Of a stretch of DNA of 64,000 nucleotides, positions 61,036 to 64,000 are shown one piece after another. Source of the DNA: Azolla caroliniana (taxonomy: Eukaryota > Plantae > Polypodiophyta). The DNA lies in NCBI GenBank assembly GCA_043228905.1, contig JBHGNT010000012.1, positions 7,502,001-7,566,000 of the forward strand, given 5' to 3'. The notes under the pieces are model-generated. The model saw nothing but the letters and a program-made list of their open reading frames with translations, was not told the DNA's origin and did no database searches. Numbering within the stretch: the stretch's first letter is position 1; the number at the start of each line of letters is the position of its first letter. The translations under genes were made by a program, and so were the position numbers.

Positions 61036-63813
61036 TCATGTTTTGGGTGACTCTCTTAAAAGTAACAAGTTCTTTCGTGGCTGTATCTCTTCAATATGGA
61101 CAAAGAACTCCTCGCCAGGATGCCGCTTCCACTGCAGCTCCAAAGGATTCTGAATACCTAACTGCAAAAGTAATTCATCCTCATATACTTAGGGTTTGTA
61201 GACAAAAGTAATTCATCCTCATATACTTAAGGTTTGTAGATGGACACCCATGGCACATTACTCAAAAATCACCGGTAACTTATGTATTTAATCTTTTTAC
61301 ATTAAATTATGTGTCGTTGATCTGGTACACATTATACTACATGAAGCAGAGTGGACAAGTTTTCACTGCCATATGAAATTTTGCACGATTTCCAAAAAGT
61401 GAACACAAGTTTGGTTACTTGAACAGGACAATATTGCATATTGATTTTATATGGATAGCTCAAGAGCTTTAACATTGAAACATATGATGGGTTGCAAGTA
61501 TGAGTGCAAATACAGTTCGGAAATGCATCAATCACCCAGGGACACTTCGTGGATTTCAGCAGCATATATTTCTCTAAATGGCAATATTTCTCAGTAGACA
61601 GTTTAGTTACCTGAAAAGAAAAGGAAAATTGGGAATTGATTAAGAATACACATCAGAAAGAGACAAACCTCAGTTAAGAGAACAATGGCATGCATATTTC
61701 TGACTAATCGCATCAAACACACACAGTATTTCCTGTTGCGTGGTTGTCTCCTGATATATTCCAATATCCAATAGCGTTCAGTTTCGAGTTGCAATTTTTT
61801 TGCAGTCTTGCATGCAGCATTTACAACTAACATGCTCGCCTCCAGGTAGCCAGCCACAAGAGGGGGGTCCTCATTTCTTAAGACAGCTTTTATCTGGCAG
61901 GATTTATGAAATCACTTCAATATATCCTTCACATTTTCCAGGAAAAATGTGTCCAAGTTATCTTAATATGTACCTGAAAGTGTGCCAAAAGATCTGCATA
62001 GCGTCGAATCGGAGATGTAAATTGCACATAGCCTAGTAGGCCCAGAGATGAATGAGATATGGGCTTTAAAAAGTTCACATCAGCACGAGCTGTCGAACGT
62101 AGCAATGCAAGTGCACGTGCAGGTCCCTCGGGAATCATATGAAATTGCTTATTAACCTCTTCATTTTGGATTTGGCCTCTGTAAGGCAAGGCAAGACCTC
62201 GTTCACCCCCAAATTTCGCAATCGTTTCTCCACACAGAATCATCATCTCAGATACTAAAACTGCAGAGCGACTAGTCTCATCATCCAAGGTGATGGTAAT
62301 TTGGGGATTATCTGTCTCTTCCCCTACAACATGAACATTAGCCTTTGGGATAAGTACATTCGAAGCACCCTGTGTGCATTCATAGAATTTCATAACTATT
62401 GTCAGTCAATATGGTTTTTCGATATGCATATGTGTGTAGAAACATCTGGTTGCCATGACTTACTTTAGAAAGGCGCCACTTCTTTCGTAATGCAGCAGCT
62501 TCGTACAAAATTGATAACTCTGATTCATCATCCAGATCTAGAGATAGTAGCTCAGATGCAGACTCATAGGAGAGCTGGTATGTTGGGCAGATTAAAGAAT
62601 TCTCAACTCTTATTTCTGCCACACTTCACCATTGATATTGTGTCAAAAACAAGGAGATGAAACATATGTTATTCTATATATCTTGTAACAAGATTAGCAC
62701 ATATACCTGCCATCATGTGACAGAACCACCGATACACTGATAGCTGCGCAGCATCTTCCTTGCTTAAGGCTCATAAAATCTGTTGCAAGCTCCACAGGGA
62801 ACATCGGGATGCTCATAGTTGGCAGGTATATGGATGTACACCTCTTGCTTGCCTCTCTTTACACCAACATAAAGAAATTATAAGATATAATTTTTAAGCC
62901 ATTATATTAGGTGAAGATGTTATGACTCAAAACCTTACTTCCGCAATATATTATCCCAGTTTACCCAGCGTGTTGGATCAGCTACATGTATCCAAACCTT
63001 AAGTCGACCATCTGGTAATCTAACAGCACTAAGTCCATCATCGATCTAGCATATAATCAAAACAACCGGCAATAAATATTGATGCCACTTTCCGAAATAT
63101 TTCTGACAACATCAACATGCCTCAAACTGAGGGTCTACTCACTTCATTTGGATTTTCAGTATCAATTGTGTACACTTTCATTGATGTGAGGTCTACTCGT
63201 CTATCCTGCACATGGACAACCAAAAACTTAAGAGCCTTGGCATTTACTATATGACATGATTAATATAAATATGATGTGATCATTAGTTGTTCACAGAAAA
63301 CTTTGAGATTTCTATACCTTGTCCTGGTCCTCATGATGGTTAGTTTTCATTGATTTTGTGACTTCTAAAGCCTCCTTTGAAAATTCGATTGGCACATTCA
63401 GTTTAAGAAGATTTAAGTTCTCATGAATTCCGAAGTAGCCCATCTGGATCATCACGTTTCCCGCACCTTCTGGACTTCTCACAACTCCAAGAGCGTCCAA
63501 TATCTGTTCTTCAATAGGAGAACAACATGTTGAAATCAAGAGCATCGAACTGCGATGAAAGTCATAAACCATAAAGATGTACCTGAACCACATCTTGCTT
63601 TCGTTTGTCACATTCACACCTCTCAAGAGCAAATGCTTTCATCGACTCGAGTTGAGTTTTGAATTCAGATATTGAATCCCATGATTTTTTCTTTGGTCTC
63701 TCTTCTTGAGGCAATTGCATTACTGCTTTCACAAGGCTGACAAAATCAGAATATTTCCTTTGTGTGATTTCTTGACGAAGCTGCTGAAGCCGCAATTGCC
63801 TAACCTTCTCCAT
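61036..63813 (-). CDS. RNR1: Ribonuclease II/RNB family exoribonuclease, chloroplast/mitochondrial type, 3' part. Predicted exons ~63804-63583, 63503-63318, 63205-63143, 63045-62939, 62856-62707, 62623-62464, 62369-61974, 61893-61669, 61161-61036
   Basis: Spliced RVDLTSMKVYTIDTENPNE|IDDGLSA, VWIHVADPT, TSIYLP, LVSEMMILCGE, GYVQFTSPIRRYADLLAHFQ, RYWILEY; GT-AG junctions in phase; stop at 61036-61038. Confidence 0.9.
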
Positions 63814-64000
63814 GGAATCGAAAACTAGTTAAGTCAGTCTCTAGTTTGTGAACAGTATGAAAAGGTATACCAGAAAGTAAGAGGAAATCAAGAACGGAGA
63901 TAAAATACCTCCAAGAAATAGGCAAAAAATTCAAAGAAGAAAACAGACACAAGCTACAAGTGCAATATCATCATCATCATCATCATAGCTTGCAGACAAT

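Overview
Eukaryotic land-plant nuclear DNA, probably a fern or other non-seed plant (inferred from TE lineages, PPR style and long TE-filled introns). Positions 1-28.9 kb are a nested transposon cluster: Ty1/copia remnants; a degenerate Ty3/gypsy; an intact, very young chromovirus (4260-9552) with identical LTRs, no tRNA PBS but a Tf1-like self-priming signature and a PEG10-like -1 frameshift site; a pol-less gypsy with a tRNA-Trp PBS; solo LTRs; a hAT-like element carrying a short-LTR gypsy that looks invertebrate-like; a Ulp1-like pseudogene; and a LINE 3' end. Positions 31-64 kb hold three host genes: a spliced GATA26/27-type (GATA + ASXH) transcription factor (+), a PLS-E class PPR gene (-) and the 3' part of an organellar RNase II/RNB gene (-). 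Two complete decayed copia elements and solo LTRs lie between the PPR and RNase II genes. All coordinates and comparisons were read by eye; no database searches were run.
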